From positions 36,394,001 to 36,458,000 of the forward strand of contig OX597831.1 of NCBI GenBank assembly GCA_951406725.2: a stretch of DNA of 64,000 nt. Reading direction: 5' to 3'. The position numbers and the translations under genes are program-made. The stretch comes from Octopus vulgaris (taxonomy: Eukaryota). Under the pieces are notes generated by a model. That model ran no database searches. It worked only from the letters and a program-made list of their open reading frames with translations, and was not told the origin of the DNA. Positions 1 to 13,139 of this stretch are shown here, one piece after another. Within the stretch, counting starts at the first letter, position 1. Every line of letters begins with the position of its first letter.

Positions 1-486
1 CTTGAAATAAGAACCATATACTCCTCATATCACACTTATCCTATTTTAAAGAAATCAATTGCAGCATTCCGTTAGATTCACTTCAACATTTAAATTTAAT
101 TTGTTGAAATATTTTCGTCGCTTTGAGACAGTGACCTGTTCACTGACAAAATTCCATGATGCATCTCATTTAAAGAAATGTAGACAATAAAAGAATACCC
201 TGGTTAAAATAGCACAATGATCGACATTAAGATGTGGTGGTCGTGTTTGAAACATTTTTGACTATATATTTGCTTCATCAAGATTGACCCAAAGTGCAAA
301 AACATGAACAACAACTGTTGTGGTAATCATTCACCGATTCTCTTTTCCCCTCCTTAGCCTTCACTGTTTTCTCACTCATTGATATATTCTATATCGTAGC
401 CTCAACGTCATCCCAGCCAAATATCAAATCTCACCTTGGTTAATGTTCTTAGGTTTCCCGTACATATACAAAAAGAAAAAGAAAAG

Positions 487-684
487 CACAAGGCCTGAAG
501 TTTTGTAGAAGTGGGATAGCCGATTACATCGACACACATGCTTCACTGGTACGTAATTTATCGACCTTCGAAGGATGAAAAGCAAAATCGACATCCGCGG
601 AAATTTGAACGCAGACCGTAGAGATGGACGAAATGCCGCTAAATTTTTCGGCCGGAGTGCGAACGATTCTGACAGCTCGCCACC

Positions 685-745
<61 letters not shown>

Positions 746-973
746 TAATAATAATCCTTTCTACTAGAGGCACAGGCCTGAAATTTGGTGGGATGTAAGA
801 GGTGGATGGTCGATCATATCGGCCTCAGTGTTCAACTGGTACTTAATTTATCGACCCCGAAATGATGAAAGGCAAACTCGAATTGGCGGAATTTGAACTC
901 ATAACGTAGCGGCAGACGAAATGCTGTTAAGCATTTCTCATGGCGTACTAACGATTCTGCCTGTTCGCCGCTT
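487..973 (-). mobile_element. Two diverged family A-type SINEs separated by (AAT)n
   Basis: Reverse-complement matches at 487-687 and 757-973. Confidence 0.8.
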
Positions 974-1008
974 TAATACTAGTATTAATAATAATAATAA
1001 TAATGATA

Positions 1009-1042
<34 letters not shown>

Positions 1043-2278
1043 CGATGATGATGATGATGATGATAATAATAATAATAATAATAGCAGCAGCAGCAAAAGC
1101 TAAAACACCAACTATGATAGTAATGCATTAGAGAGTCAGCTTAGAAATATTTTACAGTACGTAGCTGAGTTCTTAACAATTTAGTTACCAAATTCTACAA
1201 CGAATTAAACCCCGCAGAGCAGAACAGAATAAATACCAACAATACAGTGGTAAAATTTGATGTTGAAATGAATTGGTTCTTTATGTACACTTCGCACATA
1301 AAGATCCATTGTGAAGGTGACAGTAATTCTGAAATATAAAATTGTTCTAGAGTTCTCACGATTAGATTAATGGCCTTATTCTTACAAGTTATAAAGATAA
1401 CTTTTACAAAAGATAATTCCACGTTGTCAAATGGAGACATTTTTGTTCTTCAAAAGTGATATTAAAACAATTTTACGTTCTTAATACTTTATATTTATAC
1501 CAAAGATTACATGAGTGAATGAGTTAGCCTCTAGGTAGTCGATCAGTCTGCTAGAAATAGATCTCGAATCTCGCCGAAGTCACAGTTTAGTGTCTAGAAA
1601 TAAAAGAAAACAAATACACGAGTGTAATATAAGTTATGTCTGATGGAGGGGTCATGGTTAGAATGCTGGTCAGTATGGTGGCTCTGCTCAGTCTGTAGTT
1701 ACCTGGTTCTAAACAAGGACTTTGAAAATTTTGACTTGTGTTTCAATTCCTCATTCAGAATTCTCATCACTCCATCCAAAACACTCAAATTCGCCACATC
1801 ATAAACAGATTGTGGAGACAACAACGTCCAGTCTACACATTCATAACTCTCACGCAAAGAGACGAACATTTTTTTTTTCCTATTTTAAAGATATTAAAGA
1901 TATTTGAAGGGCTCTAATTATATACAAAATCTGTTCTGACACACGTAGCTCCGGCAAGAACAAACCTCAGCACTTCCGTCCATACATACATAGAGATACA
2001 CTAACAACTCGTGATAGTAGAGCCAAACCAGCGCCTGGCTTAACACTACCACTCTAGCCCGTTGTTACTTTTAGTTGAGTCTATTGCACTGCTAATATAC
2101 AGACCAATAACTGACTTCCTTTCCTCTATTAGTTATGGAGGCTCCAGAATAGTCCTGTCACGGCTGCTGCTCTTGCTTCATTAATTGACCCATAATCGAA
2201 GAAAACTATGGCAAACTCTGGAACAGTCCATTCCAGTTGTTTTCAGACTTTTACACTTCGTGGTATACTGGATATTAA

Positions 2279-2509
2279 GGCAGCGAGCTGGTAGAATCGT
2301 TTGCACGCCGGGCGAAATGCGTAACCGTATTTCGTCTGCCGCTACGTTCTGAGTTCAAATTCCGCCGAGGTCGACTTTGCCTTTCATCCTTTCGGGGTCG
2401 ATAAATTAAGTACCAGTTACGCACTGGGGTCAATGTAGTCGTCTTAATCCGTTTGTCTGTCCTTGTTTGTCCCCTCTGTGTTTAGCCCCTTGTGGGTAGT
2501 AAAGAAATA
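2279..2509 (+). mobile_element. SINE family A (core GCCTTTCATCCTTTCGGGGTCGATAAATTAAGTACC)
   Basis: Many copies in the window; TSD GGTATACTGGAYATTAA at 2262-2278 and 2510-2526. Confidence 0.9.
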
Positions 2510-2603
2510 GGTATACTGGACATTAAATAAAGATTACTGGTGACTTTGCATGAGAAGTTATAGAAATACAAATAACCTTTTTAAAATAAAATACATAGTA
2601 AAA

Positions 2604-2940
2604 GGTGCAGGCATGGCTGTGTTGTAAGAAGCTTGCCTCCCAACAACATGGTTCTGGGTTCAGTCCCACTGTGCGATGCTTTGGGCAAGTGTCTTTTATT
2701 GTAGCCTTGAGCCGACCAAAACCTTGTGAGTAAGTTTGTTAGAAAATGAAAGAATCTTGTAGCATGCGTGTGTGGCTGTCCTCCAACCACCACTTGACAA
2801 CCGGTGCTGGTGTGTTTACGAACTGTAACTTAGCGGGTCGGGAAATGAGATCGATAGAATAAGTACCAGGCTTAGCAAAGAAAAAAGGTATTGTGGTCTA
2901 TTCATTCGACTAAAATTCTTAAAAATCGTACCCCAGCAAG
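2604..2940 (+). mobile_element. SINE family B, diverged
   Basis: Colinear with 56071-56430. Confidence 0.75.
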
Positions 2941-3460
2941 TAAAACATAAACAAAAATATCTAAAAATATTCTTATTATTTTGAAGCACTTTTAAGATCA
3001 CAAATGAATACTTCGCGATGGTGCGACTCTATACTGTTTGAAGAAGGCGATAAGCAATACTTGAGGTCCTATTCAACTTAATCAATATCTATAAAGCTGA
3101 AATCAAAGTATTTTGATTTCTTGGTTATTTGTCTCATTTTGGAATAGGAACGGATTGGCGACAAAATTTACAGTGGGAGTAAAATAGGGTGGGAAATGGT
3201 GTGAGGAGGGGTTGCAAATCGCTCAGGACTACCGTTTGGTTGCCATGGTGAGGAATATGGGAAAAATTGAGTTTTAAAGAAGATAAAGAGGGAGAAAAAA
3301 TTAAAAATAAGAAGGAAAAGAAGAGGGCAATAAAAAGAACCAAGCAAAGGAGACGAACAAAAGAAGAAATGTAAAACGAGACAACACGCAGAAAACAACA
3401 CCACCACCAAAACCCGAACGAAGCACGGGTCAAAATAGCTAGTATTTCCAATAGAAAATA

Positions 3461-4355
3461 CGAGGTTTGATTAATAAGTATATGGACTGTTGCTATAGTA
3501 ACGAAGCTAAAGTACGCAGAGTAAAGCCGCTTGGCGAAAATTGACCTTAGACGCTGTTGTGCATGCGCACGAAGTTCTAATGTCTTAGCTCACATCTCCT
3601 GTTTACAGCAATGCTTGGAAGGAAGGCGTGTAGCGTGTGATCATCGCATTGACTATGACAGAGAAAGTTGTCATAGCGATACATGATTAGAGGCCTAAAT
3701 AGAGTTGAAGAAAGTGTATGGAGAGGAGTGTATGAGCCGCACACAAGTGAACGAGTGGTTGAGACGTTTCCAAGATGGCCTAAAAAATGTTGATATTGAC
3801 GAACGTTCTGAGAGACCTGCAACCAGCAGAACTGAGAAAAACATCGCAGACGTGCGTGCAGCTGTGAGAGGAAATCGTCGAATCACCATCCGCGAATTAT
3901 GAGAGGATGTGCAGATTAATTACGGTTCAGTTCAGTCCATTATCACTGAAGATTTGGGTATGAGATGCATATTTGCCAAGTTTGTACCAAAACTGCTTTC
4001 CACTGACCAAAAAGACACTCGGGTTTCAGTTGCACAAGATCTCCTTGATTTTGTCGAGAACGATTAAAACCTTTTGGAAACTTTCGTAGGCTTATGAGCA
4101 GGTATCACCAAGCATTTAACAAAATCTGATGCAGATTCTGTGCTCAAACTTCTCTGTCATAGTCAGTGTGACGATCACGCGCTACGCACCTTCCTTCCAA
4201 GCATTGCAGTAAACAACAAAGATGAGCTAGAACGTTAAAACGTAGTGAGCATACACAGCAAAGTTTAAGGTCAATGTGTGTTAAGTGGCTCCACTCTACG
4301 TGCTTTAGCTTCGTTACTATAGCAAAATTCCGGATACTTATTGATCAGATCACGG
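3461..4355 (+). mobile_element. Mariner deletion derivative with long (over 200 bp) imperfect terminal inverted repeats
   Basis: Starts TA|CGAGG. Transposase N-terminal fragment KVYGEECMSRTQVNEWLRRF...RPATSRT...RRITIREL and a KFVPKLL linker. 4085-4355 is an inverted copy of the 5' end. Confidence 0.85.
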
Positions 4356-4484
4356 TATATGTAAATATATCTTGCCTTATTAATAACATTTGTGAAAAAT
4401 TATGAAGTATTAACATTCATCAGACACTCAAGCATTATTGTGCATTTTCTCAAAAATTCAATTACATTTTTGAAAACATTGGCA

Positions 4485-4659
4485 CTGGTACAACCGTGCC
4501 TAAGAATTTCTCTCTGCGACCACATGTCTTCGTGTTCAGTCAAATGCCCAGCATCTTGAGCAAGTGACTTCTACTATAGCTGCAGACCAACCAATGCCCT
4601 GTGAGAGAATTTGGTAGATGGAAACTTTTTAGAAGCTCGACGTATATTTGCATATATAT

Positions 4660-4713
<54 letters not shown>

Positions 4714-4743
4714 TTATTTATTTATTTATACATATATTTATTT

Positions 4744-4801
<58 letters not shown>

Positions 4802-4990
4802 CACGTGTCTGTGCTTGTCTTCTCACCACTTGACAACCAATTGATTCTTTTATATCTTCGTAACTTAGATCGACAGAATAAGTACCTGACTTTTATTTTT
4901 AAAAATAGGTAGTGGTATCCATTTGTTCGACTAAACCCGTCAGAGGTGTCCCAGCATGGCCACAGTTCAATGACTGAAGCAAATAAAAGG
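4485..4990 (+). mobile_element. SINE family B, diverged, with an expanded internal microsatellite
   Basis: Matches the family B body and tail. Confidence 0.7.
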
Positions 4991-5198
4991 ATAGATGAAT
5001 CTGTGGTACGCCGTCACAGAATCATTGACCAATTTCCTAAAGAAAGAAAGCAAAAATCAAACAAACAAACAAACAAAGAACGTCTGCCCTATTTAACATT
5101 GTCCCGGGAGAGATCAAAGAGGAAAAGGATCCCATCAACTTTAAACAGAGTCTGGATAGATTCCTTCAAAGAATACCAGATAAGCCACCCATAATTGG

Positions 5199-5310
5199 AT
5201 ACAACTCACCCAACAAGAGCTCACTACTTGAACAAAACTTGATACAGCTCACCCAACAAGAACTCACTACTTGAACAAAACTTGACTTAAACAAAACTTG
5301 ACTTAAACAG
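5199..5310. repeat. Short tandem duplications (43-bp unit x2, plus a short unit x2)
   Basis: GATACARCTCACCCAACAAGARCTCACTACTTGAACAAAACTT is repeated. Confidence 0.8.
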
Positions 5311-5654
5311 GATTCGAATAATCCTATCAGGTGGTGCTATTAAGTTAGACATGGCCTGGACCAATCTTTGGTCGAAACATATCTAAGTTTATCTAAGTTA
5401 AGTTTATACCCAGGTACACCAGAATAGTGACGTAATTGATTTCCACCAAAAGGCTTCATGACGCCAATGCTGGTTTGGTAGACGCCATATATTTTACCTT
5501 ACTGACTAAACGCTACTATTCGTATGTCACATTTAAAAATAAATAAGATATGAATTTAGGCTGTAAAAAGTCCTGGTACTCGTCTCTCCGCGAAGAATTC
5601 CCACCGATGCTAGAATGTATAAATGAATATAATGAAGATTAACATGTAATATAA

Positions 5655-6028
5655 CTCTTTTACTCTTTTACTTGTTTCAGTTATTTGACTGTGGTCATGC
5701 AGGAGTACTGTCTTTAGTCGAGCAAATCGTCCCCAGGACTTATTCTTTGTCTCTATCGGTCTCTTTGGGCAAACCGCTAAGGTACGGGGACGTAAACACA
5801 CCAGCATCGGTTGTCAAGTGATATTGGGGGACAAACATAAACACGCACACATACATATATATATATATATATATACATACATATATACGATGTCCACCAA
5901 ATCCGCCCACAAGGCTTTGGTTGGCCCGAGGCTATAGTAGAAGACATTTGCCCAAGGTGCCATGCAGTGGGGCTGAACCCAGAACTATGTGATTGGTAAG
6001 TAAGCTACTTACCACACAGCCACTCCTA
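5655..6028 (-). mobile_element. SINE family B
   Basis: Reverse match to 56071-56480. Confidence 0.85.
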
Positions 6029-6056
6029 CGTCTATATATATAGCGTAGTGGTTAAA

Positions 6057-6288
6057 AGGCGGCGAGCTGGCAGAAACGTTAGCCCGCCGGACGAAATGCT
6101 TTGCGGTATTTCGTCTGCCGTTATGTTCTGAGTTCAAATTCCGCCGAGGTCGACTTTGCCTTTCATCCTTTCGGGGTCGATAAATTAAGTACCAGTAACG
6201 CACTGGGGTCCATGTAATCGACTTAATCCCTTTGTCTGTCCTTGTTTGTCCCCTCTGTGTTTAGCCCCTTGTGGGTAATAAAGAAACA
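6057..6288 (+). mobile_element. SINE family A
   Basis: Full-length match to 2279-2509. Confidence 0.9.
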
Positions 6289-6731
6289 TATATATATATA
6301 TATATATATATTAATTGAAAATAAAGGATTTAGAAACCAATTATAACGCAACGATGTATACATCTCGATGGTTTTTTAGTCAAAGTACTCTGCATATGTT
6401 AGAATGTTGTTTAATGTTGCAGTTTTACGAAGTAGAGTTGTTTCTTGAACGAGGCCATGCGACCCTCTTTCAAAGTGATAAACTGGAAGGTCACTATTAG
6501 AAAATATTTGATCATATTTCTCTCAGACACAGACCCAGGTAAGAAGTACATAGGAGCCGTCACAGATTTGGACCAGCGGAAACGTCTTTGCTATTCATGA
6601 TAATAAGACTCCTTAACCTTGACTCATTGTGACCCCTTTCATATCTAAGGACAGGTTATAGTGGATTGAAATAATCTCTGTACTTAAATAGTATTTTAAC
6701 TGTCCGAAGGAGGAAAGATAAAGATGGTTTT

Positions 6732-7955
6732 AATACAGTTATATATTTAAGAGATGAAGAATTATGTACATTATTTACATCTGACGGATATTTGTACTCA
6801 TCAAGTGTCTTGGGAAATTATCGAACCTAAGGTATTTTTCGATTATTATTATTATTATTATCGAACTCTGAATCTGGGGGTTAGTCGCCCGCCCTCTTAA
6901 TCACTACGCCATATGCCCATGGGCAATAATGGAGTGAATTTTAGGGCTTATAAATCTAATATTTTCCTATCCTTCCTTAATACCGGTTCCCACATGCTAC
7001 TCATATCTGCACTCGATCTGTCCTAGCATATGTGATGTTTCTTTTAGCTTTCGTATTTTCCAGTGATGTACTCTGTCTATTGTTTTAACTTCATCCCACA
7101 GGGGCAGGTGGTTTCCAATTTTTCCATACATGATCAGCTACAACCGATTTATCAATATCTCCTCGTGTCACAGCTTTGCGACGTTCGTCTACACTTATTT
7201 TGAGGGGACAGTGTGTTTCACCTTTGTATAACCTATCACAGCTGCATGGGATGGAGTACACGCAGTCTTTGGTCATATTCTCTTCTATTGATAGTTTTAC
7301 TCGCAGGAGATATTTGCAAAGTGTTGTATTGCTCTTGAATACTGTCCTGATGTCATATGGGCTGCATATCTTTCGTATTTTTGGGGGGAGGCCTTTCACA
7401 TAGGGTAGACAGACTGTGGATAGTTTATTGAATAGTATTTTGGGGGGATAGTTGTTGCTTAGTTGATTGTTATTGAGCTTGAACATTTCTTCGTGGTGTG
7501 TATCACGATCGTTGCTTATATTCTTTGCTCGATGTTTTAGGTACTGAGCAATTCACCCCTTTACACAACAACCTCCTAAGCAAACCGAGTGCAGATATGA
7601 GTAGCATATGGGAACCCGTATTAAGGAAGGATAGGAAAGTATAAGATTTATAAGCCCTAAAATTCACTCCATTATTGCCCATGGACAAATGGCATAGTGG
7701 TTAAAAGTTCGGGCTACTAACACCAAAATTCTGAGTTCTATTCCACGCAGTAACCTCAATAATAATAATATTATTATTAATAATAATAATATTATTATTA
7801 ATAATAATAATATTATTAATAATAATAATAACAACAACAACAACAGGTTCGAAATTTCCCCAAGACACTTGATGAAGGCTGGAGGGTATATCAACGGAAA
7901 AGTTGTGTTAACAACAAACAAGATGAGGACAAATATCCGTCAAATGTAAATAATG
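6732..7955 (-). mobile_element. 5'-truncated Penelope (Poseidon-type) retroelement with an inverted pLTR copy; about 13-bp TSD
   Basis: The minus arm (6732-about 7490) encodes a GIY-YIG region plus 3' UTR, and 7565-7955 is a + strand copy of the same 3' end. Flanked by TAAAGATGGYTTT at 6719-6731 and 7956-7968. Confidence 0.85.
6950..7486 (-). pseudogene. Degenerate Penelope GIY-YIG endonuclease domain
   Basis: VCLPYVKGL...CVYSIPCSCDRLYKGET...SVVADHVW, then a frameshift to WDEVKTIDRVHHWKIRKLKE and C-terminal SMWEPVL. Confidence 0.85.
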
Positions 7956-8472
7956 TAAAGATGGCTTTCTTCAGTGAGATCGAAACATACCGTGCCGCAC
8001 AATATTACCGAAAGGCAATTTGTCTGACGTTCTAATATCATAAAAATAATCTTCCTTATTTCTATTTGTGGACACATGGCCATTCTTGAATAATTTCAAT
8101 ATCATATTAGATTATTCCAAGAAAAGAGGGAATAGTTGGCCTCAGTACTTAATTGTTACTTTATTTATCGACCCCAAAATGATGACAAGCTGCTGTTTAT
8201 TCTGATTCTCTGACGACTCTGCCCATTCGCCATGGTCACCGTAGTATTTATCAGTGTATATCGATTTCAAATTTTGACTTCAAAGGGGTCAGTCGATTAC
8301 ATCGAACCCCAATGCTCAACTGGTACTCTTTTTACCTACTCGGAAAGGATGGAAGGTAAAGTTGACCTCGGCGGCATTTTAATTCAGAACATAAGGACAA
8401 ATGAAATATCGCTAAGCAGTTTGACCGGTGTGCTAACAATACTGTCAGCTCACCGCCCAATATTTTCTTATA

Positions 8473-8964
8473 ATATATTATTCAAAATGTTATTTGCGGG
8501 GATCTGTTACGCATTTACTAAAAATATACTTAAACAATACTTTAGTGTATGCGTCTACCTAAGTAAATACGATTAAAAACTGATAGTTAACAGATAGGTT
8601 TTTCTTTAAACGATCGTCATAATTATTTAATTATATATTATTATATATTATTCAAAATGTTATTTGCGGGGATCTATTACGCATTTACTAAAAATATACT
8701 TAAACAATACTTTAGTGTATGCGTCTACCTAAGTAAATACGATTAAAAACTGATATTTAACAGATAGGTTTTTCTTTAAACGATCGTCATAATTATTTAA
8801 TTATATATTATTATATATTATTCAAAATGTTATTTGCGGGGATCTATTACGCATTTACTAAAAATATACTTAAACAATACTTTAGTGTATGCGTCTACCT
8901 AAGTAAATACGATTAAAAACTGATAGTTAACAGATAGGTTTTTCTTTAAACGATCGTCATAATT
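8473..8964. repeat. 170-bp tandem repeat, about 2.9 near-identical copies
   Basis: TTCAAAATGTTATTTGCGGG at 8481, 8651 and 8821. Confidence 0.95.
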
Positions 8965-9240
8965 GTTTGAGGTCACAATTTATAAACAATGAATAAATCA
9001 TTGCAAAGAGGCAGTATCAGCTGCAACATGCCGGTTCCGTTTTCCTTTAATTAAGTGTATTAATACTGCAGCAATAGATATATTCCTATAGATTAGTACA
9101 ATTACAAGATTTCCCAGAAGAAATGATAGGTTTCTTTTTATTTTGGGGAAAAAAAATAACGGTATCCTATCGGTACAAAAAAAAAAATATTTTTCTAGTT
9201 TTGTAGAATACATTTAGCAATATGATATACATACATAGAT

Positions 9241-9318
<78 letters not shown>

Positions 9319-9640
9319 GTATGTATATATATATATATGTATATATCTATATATATATATATATGAGAATGACAGCAGCCTCGGCAGCAGCATCAGTGGA
9401 AGTTGGGGGTACTCTCTGTGTACATTTATGATGTTTTATTGCAAGCCATATTGAAGTGAAGAGAACAAAAGACAGATCAAAATATAACTCAGATAGTAGT
9501 ATTACTAATATAACTTTACAAGCACCGGCAACGGCAACAGCAACAACATTGACAAGATCAACTGTAAAACAATAAGTGAGGTGTGAGTCGGGGTGGAAAA
9601 CATCAACTTCAAAGAGGGCATCCAAAGTATAAATAATAAC

Positions 9641-9693
<53 letters not shown>

Positions 9694-11578
9694 TAATAAT
9701 AATAAAATTCATGAGTGAATTTCTCAAAATGAATGAATCAATTGATATTTGGCACGGTCAAGCATAAAGAGACTAGCTTTAACTTATGGTTCAATTGAGA
9801 AACCGTATTTTTATAACATAGCAATGCTTCTGGTTGTCAAAAAAAAAAAATCAGCTAATGGGATGATAAAAAAAACAACAAACAACAACAGCAACAAGAC
9901 TACCAGCAACAAACCCCCCAGCAAAAACAGAAACAGAAGCAGCAAAATAGAAATAAAGAAGAGAGGAGCAAAGAAAGGAAAGGAAGTGGTAAAGGTAAAG
10001 GATAAATGAAATGAAAGAATTCCCAAATCAAGTGAATGGCATTTGCTCTGTAATTGAATTGAATAATACTGCAAATGCTTTCAAATTTTGATATTGCTTG
10101 TAGCTCTACCTTATCAATCTGTTGTCGTTTTTGTTGTTGGCTTTTTTGTCTTTTCTTTTCCGGATTGATATTTCATAGAGAAGGCTGCTTGACTCACTAA
10201 CTTAATTTTTTTTATTTATTTATTTATTTATTTATTTTGTTTCTTTCCTGAAAACCAGAGGGAAATAGCGTAAAATCTTCTGGTTTTGTCCGAGCGGAGA
10301 GCTTTGGTTTGATATTTTAATGTAACTCGCCAGTTGTAGTACTGACTCTTATTGTATTGACCTGTCCTGTTTATTAATGTTGATGGTGCTGGTAGTAGCT
10401 GTAGTCAAAGTGGTGGTGGTGGTGGTGATGGTTCGGTAGTAGTGGTGGTGGTGATGGTTTTGGTAGTAGTTGTGGTTGTGGTGGGTGGGATTGTAATAAT
10501 AAACTCTGTTTTTATTAGTTACGAAAAACTGAGAGGATATTTCGAAATTGAGGTGTTATTGATCTTCATGTCTCTTTGTTTTTCTTTGTTGCTATTGTTT
10601 GGTGTTATAATAGTTATTCTAGCCATTGTTATATTAGTGGCATTGTTGATCAGCTGGCGGTGTTGGTGTAAGTGGCGATGGTGTATGATGGTGGTGGTAG
10701 TGGTGGTAGTGGTGGTGATGTGACGTTGCTGCCATGCAATGTTAAATCTTATGGTTACTGTCCTTTCTAACTATTATTGAGGAAGACAGACCTTTGTTGT
10801 ATTGTGTTCGTGTTCGTTGATACAGGTGTTTGTAGTTATACGTATCGTCATTAATGGAAAAAAAAAAATCTGTGGTTTTGATGTTGTTGTTATGGCTGTG
10901 GTTGTTGTTGTTAATGTTTATATTGTTATAAGTGGATACATTGACTTCCATGGTTCGGCAAACCGAAGTTGTTCTTTAACTCGCTGATTATGGAAAATAG
11001 CTTGCTATCAATTGTGTTTCTTTCAGGTTTTATAAACGATATTCGCTCAAATGGTGCAGAATCTGAAGGTGTCATCTGACCCCAAAATGAAGAGCGCACC
11101 TCCTTTTATTCCGTATTCCCAATGTAAATTGCCTATTACACGTGTATGTTTTTGATATCAGTTATTTCTCGATCCAGTAACAATAAAATATAATGGGCGT
11201 AAGGTTATGGTTCTTGGCTACTGACCACATAGTTTCGATCCCAAATTTTAATACATTCATGTTATACACTTGCGCAGAGTACGTAATATCTTCTTGATTC
11301 ATATTACCTCACAGGCAAAACATTTGAGAATCGTACTTTATGGTTAGGTAGTTAGCAATAAAATATGCATTTAGGCTAAAACAAATTACGATCCTCGACT
11401 TCCTCAAAAGAATTCTCCCTGGCCCTATGCTAGGATGGATAAATGGATATAACAAAAATTGAGAAAAACAGAATACGTTTATTGAAAATAAAGGATTGTG
11501 AAGTCAATCACGAATGCAACGATATATACATCTCAATGATGCCTGATTGAACGTATGTAGCGTGAAACATCGAATGGC

Positions 11579-11633
<55 letters not shown>

Positions 11634-11934
11634 CAACTGATATCTAATACAAAAAAATATCAACTCTTTATTTTGTATTGCGTACTCTCCGTTTGTAAAC
11701 AAACACGTGTCTGTGTGTGCCCGCGTTTGTCTGTATATTAACGGTTCCAGTCATTACTTGCAGCTATTCTGGGCTGTGAGTGTGTATATATCGTTTACGT
11801 CAAAAGAACTTAGAAACTCCGAAAGGCGTGTAGTAATTCCCTTTTAACGGTGGATCTCGAAGTAGATAAAGCTATACATAACAGCGTGTAGATAATGTGT
11901 TGGAAAAACTTTAAATTTCTCTCTCTATTTCTCT

Positions 11935-12010
11935 GTATATGCATATATATATATATATATATATATAAATATATATGTATGTATGTATATATGTATATAT
12001 ATATATATGT

Positions 12011-12097
<87 letters not shown>

Positions 12098-12134
12098 CAT
12101 ATACATATATATATACATATACATATATATATAC

Positions 12135-12215
<81 letters not shown>

Positions 12216-12246
12216 CATATATATATATACATATATATATATATAT
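11935..12246. repeat. Compound (TA)n/(CA)n microsatellite, representative of dozens in the window
   Basis: Seen directly; source of the spurious YI/HT/CV ORFs. Confidence 0.95.
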
Positions 12247-12504
12247 CGTAGGTAATATAACTCCAAACTTACAGGGAAAAATTCAACTTAGCAATTCCAA
12301 ATCAAATTTCACAATATATAATATATGTATATAATTAAGAGAAATAACCTCGATTAAGTAATTCAATAGTGAAAGACTTTATCTATATCATGTAGAAAAG
12401 TTCCACGCAGTGGGACTGAACCCGGAATTATGTGGTTGGGAAGGAAGCAAGCAAACTTCTTACCATACAACTGCACCTGTGCCTTAATTATATGTACATA
12501 TATG

Positions 12505-12545
<41 letters not shown>

Positions 12546-12908
12546 GATAGACGATTGATTAATACAAATGGATCTGAGGCATAGTATTCGATGCAGCAGT
12601 TGCTGTTCTTTTATCAGCCCCAGTTCATCTCCGATTAAGATCTATCATTATTGACATTCGAAAAATGGCCATCCTGTCTTTTTTGTCAGGCATTGTGTAT
12701 TTAACAGTATATTATAAAACGTATCTGTCCTCATTTCTTTTAAATGGTAGGGTGTGCTATAAGGGATATTTGGTAGTTATTTCTAGCACATTGTTCGTCC
12801 ATGTTGAGTTTCCTTTGTCGGCTCACGAGAACATCTATTCTTTAGAGATAGGAGAAACATCAACGCTTTGTGTGTTGCTTATGCCCGAGGTAAGTAAGTT
12901 ATACATTG

Positions 12909-13139
12909 AAGGCGGTGAGTTGGCAGAATCGTTAGCACGCCGGGCGAAATGCTTAGCGGAATTTCGTCTGCGTTACGTTGTGAGTTCTAATTCCGCCGAG
13001 GTCGACTTTGCCTTTCATACTTTCGGGGTCGATAAATTAAGTACCAGTTACGCACTGGGGTCAAAATAATCGACTTAATACCTATGTCTGTCCTTGTTTG
13101 TCCCCTCTATGTTTAGCCCCTTGTGGGTAATAAAGAAAT
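12909..13139 (+). mobile_element. SINE family A
   Basis: Full length; TSD AGGTAAGTAAGTTATACA at 12888-12905 and 13140-13157. Confidence 0.9.

Noticed and set aside
8473-8964. CRISPR-like array
   Set aside because: The units are contiguous with no unique spacers, and the context is eukaryotic.
11810-12334. Many ORFs rich in YI, HT, CV, L, I or N runs, here and throughout the window
   Set aside because: They are translations of (TA)n, (CA)n, (AAT)n and (GAT)n microsatellites.
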